A DNA stretch of 64,000 bases from Eledone cirrhosa (Eukaryota), in NCBI GenBank assembly GCA_964016885.1, contig OZ024740.1:64976001-65040000 (forward strand), in the 5' to 3' direction. Shown one piece after another: positions 1 through 11,931 of the stretch (positions are counted from its first letter, which is position 1; every line of letters starts with the position of its first letter). Below the pieces are notes generated by a model. That model was not told the DNA's origin, did no database searches, and saw only the letters and a program-made list of their open reading frames with translations. The translations under genes were made by a program, and so were the position numbers.

Positions 1-1905
1 ATTGAAGGAACTGAGGAGAGTGTGACGAGGAGGTACGGGTACTTCACCAATGCAGTGGCGGAAGCAAGTGAGACCCTGGTGCCGAGGAGAGGGAAGAAGA
101 GGAAGCACGTCAGCTCTGTAGACCCAAAAGTGTGCGCAGCCAGAAAACAGCTGAAAGCTGCCAAGGATCAATTCAATGCTGATCCTACGGAGGAGAGGAA
201 GAAGAATATGGAGGTGATGAGGGAAGAACTCTGTACCGCTTACACTGAGGCCAGAGATAAAGCGCTGATAGAGAAGATCAGAAGTTTGGAGAGAGCGGTT
301 GACAGGTCTGGGTGTGAGGAGAGCTGGATGATCATCAATGAAATCACAGGGAGGAAGAGAAATGGTTTGATTCAGATCCAGGGAACATGCCCCGAGGATA
401 GGAAGAGGAAATGGCTGGACCATTTTAGGACCCTACTAGAAGAGCCGCCCTCCACAGCCCAGAACACTGGGGAGATTGGGCGGGTGTTTGAGGAACTGAA
501 TATTGAGACAGGACCCTTCACCAGAGAGGAGCTTCAGAGAGCCAAGAAAAAGATTAAGGAGGGCAAGGCTCATGGAGAAGACGGAGTGGCATCAGAGGTG
601 ATGAAGAGGTGTGATTTTGATGATATCATCCTGGGGTTCTGTAACCAGTCACCGAAGAAAGGAGTTGCCCCGAATCAGTGGAGGATCTGTAACATCGTCC
701 TAGTGCCAAACAAGGGGAGATTTCTCTAACAGCAGCAACTACAGATGATCTGTCTAACCTCACTTGTGGAAAAGAACCCCAACAGGATGATTCTTAACAA
801 GATCCAGCCCAAGATGGAGAAGAAGCTCCGCGACAACCAGAATGGCTTCAGAGAGGGAAGATCAACCACCAGTCACATCCTGATGCTGAGGAGAATATTA
901 GAGGGAGCTAGAGCAAAGAGCCTTCCTGCTTTCATGGTTTTCATTGACTTTAGGAAGGCCTTTGATTCTGTGGACCGTCACTGCCTGATAAGACCTGACA
1001 GGCTTATGGAATCTCCAGGAAGATAGTGGACCTGATATCACTGCTCTACACCAACACCAAAGCCCAAGTTATTATACCTGATGGGATGACCGAGTTCTTT
1101 GAGATACTGGCTGGAGTGTTGCAGGGAGATACATTGGCTCCCTACCTTTTTATCATTGCAGTGGACTATTCTATGCGCGTTGCACTGGAGGAACACCAGG
1201 AATCAGGCTTTGCTGTAACATTAGCTCAGATCAGGAGAGTTAAGGCTAAAAATGTATCAGATGCTGAATTTGCCGACGACATAGTTCTGGTGACAAACAC
1301 AGTGATGAGGTAGAGGAGTTGACGCAGAGAATATTAAGAAGCCAGAAAAGATTATGAATGTAGGCAGGAAGCCGATAGAATTGGTTGAGGACTTCCTCTA
1401 TCTGGGAGCAAATATTGGAAACAAAGAGGATGATGTGTTTGAGAGGAAGAGCAGAGCCTAGGCGGCATGCCACAATTTGAGATCGGTGTGGCAGTCGGAC
1501 CTTCGTAAAGACCTGAAGATCCGTCTCTTCGATGCTACAGTGGAGTCTATGCTGCTGTACGGGCCTGAGACTTGGACACTGACCAAGAAACTCACTCCGA
1601 TGTTGGATGGGTGCTATACGAGAATGGTGAGGATGGCTCTGAAATTTAATCAGTATACACTGAGGATGAAGAACTCAGAGCTGTACGGGAGCCTCCCAAA
1701 TGTCAGCTCGAAAGTATCACATAGGAAACTGAGGTTAGTTGGACATGCACACGGACATCCAGGGTTGATATTACGCTCAGTGCTCCTATGGGAGCCCCTT
1801 CACGGACACACTAGAAGAGGGAGACGCAGGACATGGCAGCGAGGATGACGGACATATACCGCTGGAGAGAACTCGTCCATGGATCTCGGGAATTTTACCC
1901 GTCTT
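1..1905 (+). mobile_element. Decayed RTE/RTEX-type non-LTR retrotransposon (RT region, frameshifted; runs off the window start)
   Basis: Consecutive ORFs 22-729, 745-1026, 1026-1313 and 1477-1848 carry LINE RT motifs: KAHGEDG, QNGFREGRST, FIDFRKAFDSV, GVLQGDTLAPYLF, EFADDI, LLYGPETWT, LRLVGH, RRGR. Confidence 0.85.
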
Positions 1906-2102
1906 AGATATATGTATATATATATATACACACACATACATGCGCAAAAAAAATATATATAATAAACTGATATATAAATCGATAAATAAATACGTAAATA
2001 TTAGCACATAAACACATAAGTACGCATATATAGGTATAAGCACACTTATATATAAGTACACTTAAACGCGTGGAAATTTGGACATATATAGAAATACGTA
2101 CA

Positions 2103-2224
<122 letters not shown>

Positions 2225-2299
2225 AGTTGAAGCTTAGTAAAATCGAAGCTTTGGCTGGAGTGAACAGCAAAGCACTCGATAAGGTTGCAGGCCTTAGAG

Positions 2300-2370
2300 C
2301 AGGGGTCGGCAACCCCGGCCCGCCGCGGGCCACATCCGGCCCTCGAGTGATCTTTGTCCGGCTCGCCATC
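2300..2370 (+). mobile_element. hAT (Charlie/Buster-like) transposon or MITE left end
   Basis: CAGGGGTCGGCAACC terminus followed by GC-rich CGGCCCG...CGGGCC...CCGGCCC subterminal motifs; preceded by the 8-mer CCTTAGAG (nnnTAnnn, Buster-type target). No right end seen. Confidence 0.55.
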
Positions 2371-2801
2371 TTATATTGGACACTAATTATCTAATTAGTA
2401 TCGAATACAGATACAGTAGTTCACTTCAAGGTTGTGCCGACATGATGCCCATCACCAATCGCTGCTCATACCGTATATATTTTCAGATACCTTTGTAACC
2501 TTATTATATTTTCCATTTATTATTATTTCCTTTTATCCATCTTTTTCTGGGGTTTCCGCCAAGCATTATATCATCTGTATTATTAAGCATTATATCATCT
2601 GTATTATTATTTCCTGTGATTTCATGTATGTGTTTTTGTTCCAGTCAACAAACACAAATGTTGGCTGGAAGTATGCATTTTCGTCAGCGACTGGAATGTA
2701 TACTACCTTACGGTTCGCATGACTCGCTTTTGAAACCCACTATGACCCTCTTCTTTAGTTGAAAATACGGCAAACGCTTATATATAAATATATATATATA
2801 T

Positions 2802-2986
2802 ATAGGAAAATGTTTAACCCCGACGGCAGAGCTCGAGCCGTTTCCACGGCTATTTCAGAAATAGCCGTCGAAATGTCTTGAGTTCTGCCGTCGGGGTTAA
2901 ACTTTTTCCTATTACCCACTCTACTACCTTAAGTATTGAGTACTCTGGTGCGTTATGGTCCATCTGGTTCCTTACCACACCTCCTT

Positions 2987-2990
<4 letters not shown>
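2802..2990. repeat. Short dispersed repeat (family A) with about 110-bp fold-back, inserted in (TA)n
   Basis: 2802-2912 is an imperfect palindrome. The GAAACGGCTTGAGCTC...GTCGGGGT...TTCCT consensus recurs at about 10520-10657, 14480-14540 (-), 25990-26035 and 35425-35472. Confidence 0.75.
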
Positions 2991-3032
<42 letters not shown>

Positions 3033-3122
3033 GTTATTCCGGGTTGAATCGGAGGTAACCACAGTAAGTAAGGTACTCAATACATAGCAGAGTATAAAAG
3101 TTTTAATATACATGAGATTCTA

Positions 3123-3167
3123 CAGGACTAGAACTGTTTCATTCATTAGAAATCATCAGGAATCCTG
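3123..3167 (-). ncRNA. Minimal type I hammerhead ribozyme motif
   Basis: Minus strand: caggattc CTGATGA t ttc-taat-gaa t GAAA cagt TC tagtcctg; helix I caggatt/agtcctg with a mismatch next to the core. Confidence 0.5.
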
Positions 3168-4669
3168 ATATATATATATATATATATATATATAAACAAG
3201 GTGTACAAAAAATATGCACATACTTCAACATAAATATAATCAAAGTGCGTTTACATTTTTTTGAACATCCTCTATACAAGAATGTTTGTGTGTGCGTGGT
3301 TCAAGGTGTTTATAATGCTCTGTGTTCATATTCCCCAAATCTCGTACAATTTTACAATTTTGTCCATAACCATAACTCACAATATTTCGTTGATTTTATG
3401 GGTATATCCTTTTATTCACCTTAGGTCTATTAACATGTTTATAGCAATCAAAACCATATGTCAAACTTCAAATCTACCAAAGATTATATAGCTTCCCATG
3501 GCAATAAATACACAAATAAACCCGTATAAGTGAAACGGTTATGATAGGAATTAGCACCACTGGCTTAGATTTGTGAGGTAAATATGGAAAGGTCGATGTT
3601 GCAGCTGTTATTATAGTGTTGATACTTTTCTTATTCATGGTGATGGTGTTATATCAGTACGTTGGTGTAAAGCATCTATAATCTTCTTGCAATAACAATG
3701 TCTCAAAAGCTATTACTTCTTTTTATGGCTCAACACCAATATAGTTCGCAGCTTTGAAGACTAACAAATTTGAGATTTATGGTAGTCACATCTGCCGGAC
3801 AAATTTCGTTCAATGATAGCGTAGATAGACAAAGAAGAAGAAAAATCATTACTTTGTTATTATGTCTAAAATCATTATCACCACCCTCATTTCAACTTAT
3901 GATAAATACTTTTTGTGGCGTAAGCGATATATTTTAATTAATGTGCGCTCTGTTGGCCTAGCGTACGGAGCAGAAATTACGTAATTATCAAGGCCAATTA
4001 CATCAATATTCAGATAGTTAGTTATAATGTGTTTTTTCTTTCTTGATAATTATGTCATGATTTTCACTAGTATCTCCAAACATTAGAATGATATTTAAAA
4101 GAAAGAACGAGGAATACATTTGTTATTATTTTTAAAATAACAAATACAACTGCGAACCCTTTTTATTAACGATATCATTTTCCCTTTGAACTTTCTACAT
4201 ATTATGATCAGATCAAATGGTAAGACGAAATACTTTTATGGTGGTAGTGTAATGGCTAATAGAATTGATTATAAAATATATTAGTAATATATTTTATAGA
4301 CATAAAATTGGTTGAATTATAACTCAGAACAAAGAGCGATAAAACTATAGTGAAAACTAAAAGAAAATATAGCTTCAATGAAGAACAAAGACTTTCTACA
4401 CAGTTAGAGAAAGGTAATGGAACATAATCCTAATTTAACCATACCAGTAACGGACATGTATGCAAGATATGATGAAATATGGTACAGAACGCAACATAAA
4501 CATTTTCAAAACTCTGCACCTGATCCGAGAATTTTGTTAGCAGAGGTCTGAGATATGCGCTCGGAAATTAACCCTAAAATCACGCAAACGTATAAATTAC
4601 TCAAAGAAAAAAATGAATGTCAATGGAATTGAGACCTGCAAACTCGGAACTGTTCGAAATGCAAATATT

Positions 4670-5110
4670 TTGATGAAAACGTCTTGTATGCTATTTCTCA
4701 GTGCCCATGGATTGCAGATTTATGGGCTTGTTGTCTCGACCTGCTATCACGCGTATGGCAGATGCAGCTATCAGCCGAGTCTACACAGAAGATGGAATCG
4801 CCACATTCTTTTGTAATAGAGGCACGTGAAACAACAGTGTGGGGTTTCATCCTGGTATTACCCTAATTGCAGTGCCATAATATTGGAGATTATATCCTTG
4901 TTGGCATTTATTATCGTTTTACACTATTTTTCTTTTCCTATTATTACTTATTTTTGTTATAATTTCTATTATTTGTATTCCTACTGTTTCCACACCAGTG
5001 ATGAATCTTTCCTTTACTTGATGTAAACCTCACTTTGTGTTTGAGGTTGAGTTGCATTTGTGCTTGCAATGTCCTCGAAGTGTTAGAACATTGTGTCCAA
5101 TAAAATAAAT
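4670..5110 (+). mobile_element. Possible L1/Tx1-type LINE 3' remnant
   Basis: Peptide YAISQCPWIADLWACCLDLLSR resembles the HxxxxC...LW end of L1-clade ORF2, followed by a pyrimidine-rich UTR and AATAAA. Weak. Confidence 0.3.
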
Positions 5111-5134
5111 TATTATTATCATTATTATTATTAA

Positions 5135-5335
5135 GGGCGGTGAATTGGCAGTATCGATGGAGGGTCGGACGCCAGGGTTTCCAACATAGAGTTACGTCCC
5201 TTTATGATCTGAGTTCAAATCCCGCCGAGGTTAACTTTGCCTTTCATCCGTACGAGGTCGATAAAATAAAGTACCAGTAATGCACTGGGATACATTTCTG
5301 GCCTTGTGCTAAAAGTAGGAACAATTATTATTATT
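5135..5335 (+). mobile_element. tRNA-derived SINE (octopod-type), copy 1 of 3 in tandem
   Basis: A-box-like TGGCAGTATCG, B-box GAGTTCAAATCC, body GTTAACTTTGCCTTTCATCC...GTCGATAAAATAAAGTACCAG, (ATT)n tail. Confidence 0.85.
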
Positions 5336-5337
5336 AA

Positions 5338-5547
5338 GGGTGGTGGATTGCCAATATTGTTAGAGCGTCGGACAACATGCTTTGCGTCATAGAGTTACGG
5401 TCTTTTATGTTCTTTGTTCAAATCCCACCGGGGTTAGCTTTGACATTCATCCTTATGGGATTGATAAAATTAAGTACCAATCCCACACTGGGGTCGATTT
5501 AATCGACTTGCCCAAAAATGATTGGCCTGGTGCCTAAATAAGAAGAT
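5338..5547 (+). mobile_element. tRNA-derived SINE, copy 2
   Basis: Diverged copy with GTTCAAATCCC and TTTGACATTCATCC...GATAAAATTAAGTACCA. Confidence 0.8.
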
Positions 5548-5581
5548 ATTATTTTTGTTGTTTTTATTATTATTGGTGTTA

Positions 5582-5808
5582 GGGCGGTGGATTGGCAGTA
5601 TAGGTAGTGTCAGACACCATGCTTTGCAGCATAGAGTTACGGTCCTTTATGGTCTGAGTTCAAATCCCACCGAGGTTAACTTTGCCTTTCAACCTTACGG
5701 GGTCGATAAAATAAAGCACCAGTAACGTACTGGGGTCGATATAATCGACTTTCCCTTCCCCGAAATAACAGGCCTTGTGCCTCTACTAGAAATCGTCATT
5801 ATTATTAT
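5582..5808 (+). mobile_element. tRNA-derived SINE, copy 3
   Basis: GGGCGGTGGATTGGCAGTAT start, GAGTTCAAATCCC, conserved body, GGCCTTGTGCC, (ATT)n tail. Confidence 0.85.
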
Positions 5809-8339
5809 TGGTTTGTACATACGCATCATTCTAAGCCCCCGTAAGGTTGATAATAACCCACATTTAAATCGTTATTGTATATAATAGTTTAGTTATAATG
5901 AGGACATAAGGCATCAGTAAGGAAGGGAGACACCATGAGTTTTGCTCCTTTGGCCCGAATATTGAAACTTTATAATTGTAATATACTCTCACAAGTTTTG
6001 TAAAAATAGAGGGAACACCGTCTCCACACCCAACAACAAGAACGTCATGTAACGTGACAGCCTCACGGACCTGAGTTCAAAGGTTGATAATAGCGTCACT
6101 AACAGCACCACTGCTACCACCACCATCAACAACAACTGCAGCAGCAACACCATCAACAACAACAACAGCAGCAGCAACAAAATCAACAGCAGCAACAACA
6201 ACAGAAACAGAAACATCATTAACAAAAACGGTACCACCACTACCAACAGCAACAGCAGCAGCAGCAGTAACAACAACAAAAACAGCATCCGTGATAGCAG
6301 CAACAACAACCACAAAAGCACATTCGCAGCACCTGGGCAAAAATAATTGATCCGTTGTGAGGGTTGGCAGAAACCGATAGAAACAGTGATGTATAGGTTT
6401 ATTGGCACCAGAATGCCGGTACTGGCTCCTCAATCACATGTTGAAGGAGATCTGAGGTGATTGATGCCAAACTTACAGCACTTTGCGAAACAAAGTAATT
6501 TGGGATTATATCAGAACTCGTCAAAAGCGAGGCTCTTACAAAAGAAGTACTCAGTGGTCTCTTGTAATATGGATCAATTCATAACCTGGCCCTCTTACAT
6601 GGAATGAAGGACACTAATTATTCACATTGCTGGGAACCTACCAGAATTAGACATCCGGTGGATCCTAGCATGAATCATCTTACAGGAAAGCAAAAACCCC
6701 TGGAAATAACGAGGATCCGGATGATGAACTTGTCTGAAATTTGTTTGGAGATATTTCTGATCAAACCAGAGAAGACTGATTAGATGTCAGACCTAAATTG
6801 CCATCCGGGTCGCATGGAGCAAGGGGTGGTCATTTGCGTTGTCATTTGGGCTTGAAAACTGGACACTTAAGAACTTTGTTTTCAACAGGACATTTGCTAC
6901 TAATAACTTCAACAGTCGCAACAATAACAACAGTGAAAAAACAGAAACACAAGTGGCAACTGTAACACAAACAAAACAAACAACACCAATAACAGCCTCA
7001 ACTGAACCAACGTCAACAACACCAAATCCAACAAAATCACACTGGTAATCCTTCAATAAGGTTTCTCTCACTCTCTGTTCTAAACACGTACGCGTACACA
7101 CGCACACACACTCTCACCACACGCAGAAACAAAAAGACGCAAACAAATTTGCACCTTCACCAATATCAGAAACATATTCATACTCATCTCCCAGTGAAGG
7201 AGATGAGATAAGATCTAACGTTAGAAACTAAAATATACATACACAAAAATCAGATAGCACTCCCTGCCACACACCAACACTCACTCCATAAAACACAAAA
7301 CTCACACACAATCCACACACAAACGTATCTACAACAACACCACCTACACCACCACCTCAATTCACAACAAGACCACCATCGACACAACATTCAACCCTAC
7401 CACAACCGAACACAACAAAACGAAAATAAAAATCCAGCAGAAAACATCAGAACCTGCACCGAACTTCCTGTTAGTGAATAGGGCTAATAAAGTAATAATG
7501 TTCCCCATAACAAAAAGTGAGGACATTAAGAAAGAGGGGAAGATTTTCGTACTCACATATTTGACGTACCTAAAACACTTATATTGGTGCGAATGTCACT
7601 AGGTACCTACGAGAACTTTAGGGAGAACTTTCCCAACGAAGAGGAAGTTTCTAATATATAAGCTACGTGTATGCATTTATAGGTGTTTCGGAAAGAAAAC
7701 ACATCGGACAGGGAGTTCGAACCATCAAATCTCCATCAGTACAGAGTGAGTAAATAAACTTTTTTTGTTCTCTCAATTCTACCCAGCCAGCATAGCAATT
7801 CTAAAAGTTGGATGCATAAAAGTTGGATGTATGTGTAAAATTGTTCACTGTTCCCTAACTGTAATATCCAGATTGCTTAACATCTGATTGTCTGTGATTT
7901 ACATAAATGGGCAATAATAATAACAATTGTGATAATAATAATTTCTTTCATTGATTCCAATGGGTCAAGATATTAAAAGATTGAATGGAAAAACTGTCCA
8001 TTATTTAAGTCGAATAAAAGCCAAATCAATAACACCTAAAACAGGCATAATTGCAGCAAACTGGGCTGCTACTTGAATGTTACAATACATTTGATACCCA
8101 GAAATTATGAAATAATGTAATTCACTTTGATATACTATTTAGTCTAATGCTCTGCAGAGTCTTTTTTTATCATAGGAACAAGGCGTCGAATTTGTCGAAT
8201 GGCTTGAATGTCATATATAATGCTTTACCGTATCCGGTCCAGCTCTCTGTACTGTCTGAGTTCATGTTTGCCTAGATCAATTTTGCCTTTCCCCATTTCG
8301 AGGTTGATAAAGACGTTATGTCTATTACTAGAGTCGATA

Positions 8340-8343
<4 letters not shown>

Positions 8344-8432
<89 letters not shown>

Positions 8433-8456
8433 CTCTCCCTCTCTCTCCCTCTCTCT
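8344..8456. repeat. (CT)n microsatellite
   Basis: Direct reading; a similar tract lies at 22852-22941. Confidence 0.95.
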
Positions 8457-9368
8457 AAAAAAATCAAATATGTTCAGACTTGAAAAGACATACCCCCACC
8501 ACCGCTTCTAAATTTTCCTGGTTTAATGGAGCACATATATCTCACCTGGAGTTATGTGTCTATACATACATCATAGGTCAGATGCTAAAACTTTGGGGAG
8601 ATGTTAGAGAATTAATCATATATATCAGTCGCAACTCCTGATAAATGCGTGAACGATTTCTGGTGACATTTGCCGGGATGTGAAATCAGAACGCATAGGA
8701 TTAAAGTAGTGCCACTCATCCAAATCACTGCATTTTTATTTTTATTATTATTGCCGAAGATGTAAACAGCTAAGTTGACCTCAGTGGGATTTAAAGCATT
8801 TAATTCGACATTCTAACAACACTTAAATTCTACATTCAATTATTTCCCACGTTCTTCCAATTCAGTCAATCCAGGTCACTACCTGGTGCAAATACTGATA
8901 ATGTTCGTATTTATTGTATGAAAGGACGGATGGTACTTAACGTGACAGGTGAGAATGTTTATTAAGTATAAATAAAAACTACAAATATACTGAGCTCTGT
9001 AAATAGAAAACAATATTTGGAGAGTAAAAAACAAGAACCTGTTAAATTGGTTTCTCTTATTCCAGCGTGGGCTACTTGTAAACATGATATTAAATATATT
9101 TATACTAAACAGTAATAATTTGTGCCAAATAAATTGGATGTTATATCGATAATTTGTGTTGGAAAATTTGTGGTAAGTCACCAAATTATTGAGCAGTGTT
9201 ATCTGTGGAGATTATTTGAAGATTGAAAACGTTTATAGCTCACACAAATCTACCACGATCAACAGAACTAATATTCATGCTTGAAGGGGTGTGTTACAGG
9301 TCTACAAATATATGTACGAACGCATGTCTCATTCTCCCACATAGATCCAAATATATATATATATATAT

Positions 9369-9730
9369 TATTAGAAAGTGAGGTTTTTTTACGAAATGAA
9401 AGAAAAAACGAAGTGTTCTACACGAGTGAAAGTATAAGGAAAAAAGATGAAAGCGAAAATGCAACTGGAGTTTTTTTTTATATTTTTTTTTTAATAGAAA
9501 TATATATTTATTTGGTTCCTTTACCGGTTTCGCAGTTCTTCTGCTTTTCAAAAGTAGAATTGAGATGGAGGCTTTGTGAGAAAAACCACAAACCATCCAT
9601 CTCAATTCTACTTTTGAAAAGCAGAAGAACTACGATACCGGTTAAGGAACCAAATAAATATATATTTTTATGAAAAAAAAAACGAAAAAAAAAACTCCAG
9701 TGGCAATTTCTGTTTCATCTTTTTTCCTTA
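9369..9730. mobile_element. Non-coding PLE-like pseudo-LTR fragment in inverted arrangement, flanked by (TA)n
   Basis: About 9440-9568 is the reverse complement of about 9597-9730; each arm carries a hammerhead-like motif. Same family at 26096-26423. Confidence 0.75.
9516..9559 (-). ncRNA. Hammerhead ribozyme motif, U3-A8 core variant
   Basis: Minus strand: ttc ta ctt TTGAAAA gcag-aagaa-ctgc GAAA ccgg TA aag gaa. The opposite arm (9606-9649, +) has GAAA changed to GATA. Confidence 0.65.
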
Positions 9731-10079
9731 TATATATATACGTATATGTATATATATAAGTTAACAAGGTATCGTTTAATGCAATCCAAGTAGTGGTTAT
9801 GAGTACTCTGTTGTGGTGTTCGGGTGGCCGATTCAAGGCAGTTCCTATGTAAGCGGTTCCTGGATTATTAATAATAAAGGAGTGAAGAATAACACGGATC
9901 GGTTGTACAATAAGGATTTATTCGAAGTATTTAGTCCGGTGTGTCTAAAACCTCTCTCTCTATATATATAGCATAGAATTAGGATTTAGCTTCATGCAAA
10001 GTTGTATACAGATATGTATTAGAATTTCGTATTTCTAAAGAAATACGGTATATTTATAGGTAAACATAAATGTGTTTGT

Positions 10080-10213
10080 GTCTATATTGTATCTGTATTA
10101 TTTTTGACCGTCGGTCAGTCAATGGCAATATTGAGGACCGAGTAAGTTAGATTACCGATATAAAAGACACAGAAGCGAGAAGCGAAAACCAACCAAACAG
10201 TGAGTGTGTTCTG
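10080..10213. repeat. Dispersed repeat, second copy inverted at 53592-53720
   Basis: TTTTGACCGT..GGTCAGTCA...ATATAAAAGA...AGAAGCGAAAACCAACCAA..CAGTGAGTGTGTTCTG is shared; class unknown (possibly an LTR fragment). Confidence 0.6.
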
Positions 10214-10475
10214 TTATTAATTCTGGCAATATTACACAAATATAACCCTCCCCAAGTATAACAGTATATATATATATATTTATATATATATATTTATATA
10301 TATATATATATTTATATATAGAAAAGATGAATATAAAATGAAAGTGCTTTTTATAAAGGAATTTATTAGGTATTGATATATGTTTCTCTAACAGACGGAA
10401 TACCTATGTATCGCTGCTTGCGTAATCATATAATGTTAGCAAGTATTCGATAGTAAATGTATAATACATTTGTCA

Positions 10476-10657
10476 CTTCTTCAGAGATATTGGATAAATT
10501 TATCCAATATCTCTGAAGAAGTCCAGAATTAGCGGTCGAAACGGCTTGAGCTCAGCTGTCGGGGTCTTACTGGTTCCTATTACCCACTCTACTACCTCAA
10601 GTATTGAGTACTTTGGTGCGTTATGGTCCACCTGGTTCCTTACCACATTTCCTTCGT
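10476..10657 (+). repeat. Family A copy headed by a perfect palindrome of about 48 bp
   Basis: ACTTCTTCAGAGATATTGGATAA-AT-TTATCCAATATCTCTGAAGAAGT, then the family A body matching 2860-2990. Confidence 0.75.
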
Positions 10658-10658
10658 T

Positions 10659-10956
<298 letters not shown>

Positions 10957-11040
10957 TATGGAATACTGTTAGCTTCTCGCTACAACAATTTCTATACTTT
11001 TCAGTTATATATATATGTATATATATATATATGTTTATTA

Positions 11041-11766
11041 GCTAACTCATCATTTCATATAAGTAGGCCGAATTTACTTGCAAACCGCCAGAGATTCGAT
11101 TATACTGATTTCCAATTATATTATTCTCCCAGATTTAATAGTTAACTAATTAATTTAAGTAGAATATTTCGTTGATTGGTTAATTATTACTGTTTGTTTT
11201 ATAACATCTAGTCGAGAGCTTATCATGATGTTTAGCGGGAATTTTAAATATTTCTTTTTTCGTTAACTTTTTGAATAACCGCCTGGGACCGGGATTGTTT
11301 CCCTTGCCGGAATTAACAGGTGATAATTATAGATTCGATTAGCAGCTTATTGCAGCAACATATAATTTATCACTTCCATCCCAGGAAGAACGATAAACCT
11401 GTTGAAAAATTGAATCCAACGTTCGGTCATCAATAGCCAGGAGCTTTCCTTTCAAGTAAGTCGGATATTTGATTTTGGATTCAGAGAAACACTTTAAACG
11501 TCTATTCGTCTAATTTGTCTTAAACGTCTATTCGTCTAATTTGTCCAGGTTTACTTTTTCTCAACCTGATTAGTGCTATCGTTGCTCTGATATACATATT
11601 GTGGGTTAGTTTAGCCTACCACAATGTTCGATTTGTCAAGCTTTTTAAACGTATGTTATTACTCTAAGGACCTATCTTATCGAGTGCTTTGCTAACTCAT
11701 CATTTCATATAAGTAGGCCGAATTCACTTGCAAACCGCCAGAGATTCGATTATACTGATTTCCAAT

Positions 11767-11771
<5 letters not shown>
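11041..11771. mobile_element. Non-coding element with about 80-bp direct terminal repeats, in (TA)n
   Basis: GCTAACTCATCATTTC...TTTCCAATTATAT occurs at 11041-11121 and 11691-11771 (650-bp period). Confidence 0.6.
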
Positions 11772-11834
<63 letters not shown>

Positions 11835-11842
11835 ACCGAGAA

Positions 11843-11931
11843 AAGGATTCTTCCGGGATCCTCCGCAGTTCCGTCGTCACGGCCTTTTTGATGTCGTCCA
11901 CGTCTTCAAAACGGGTCCTCTTGATGACCCC
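11843..11931 (-). mobile_element. 89-bp mariner transposase fragment
   Basis: Reads as an exact reverse complement of about 20654-20742. Confidence 0.85.

Noticed and set aside
2615-2695. Minus-strand CTGACGA with a long hairpin
   Set aside because: No valid helix III, cleavage triplet or helix I.
3580-4560. Possible membrane-protein pseudogene (hydrophobic VAAVIIVLILFLFMVMVL)
   Set aside because: Frequent stops and no recognisable domain.
5145-5225. tRNA genes at A/B-box motifs
   Set aside because: These are SINE heads with no cloverleaf.
10513-10550. CTGAAGA...GAAACGGCTT in family A as a hammerhead
   Set aside because: I could not pair helix I or II convincingly; in the other copies AGCCGT/ACGGCT forms a competing hairpin.
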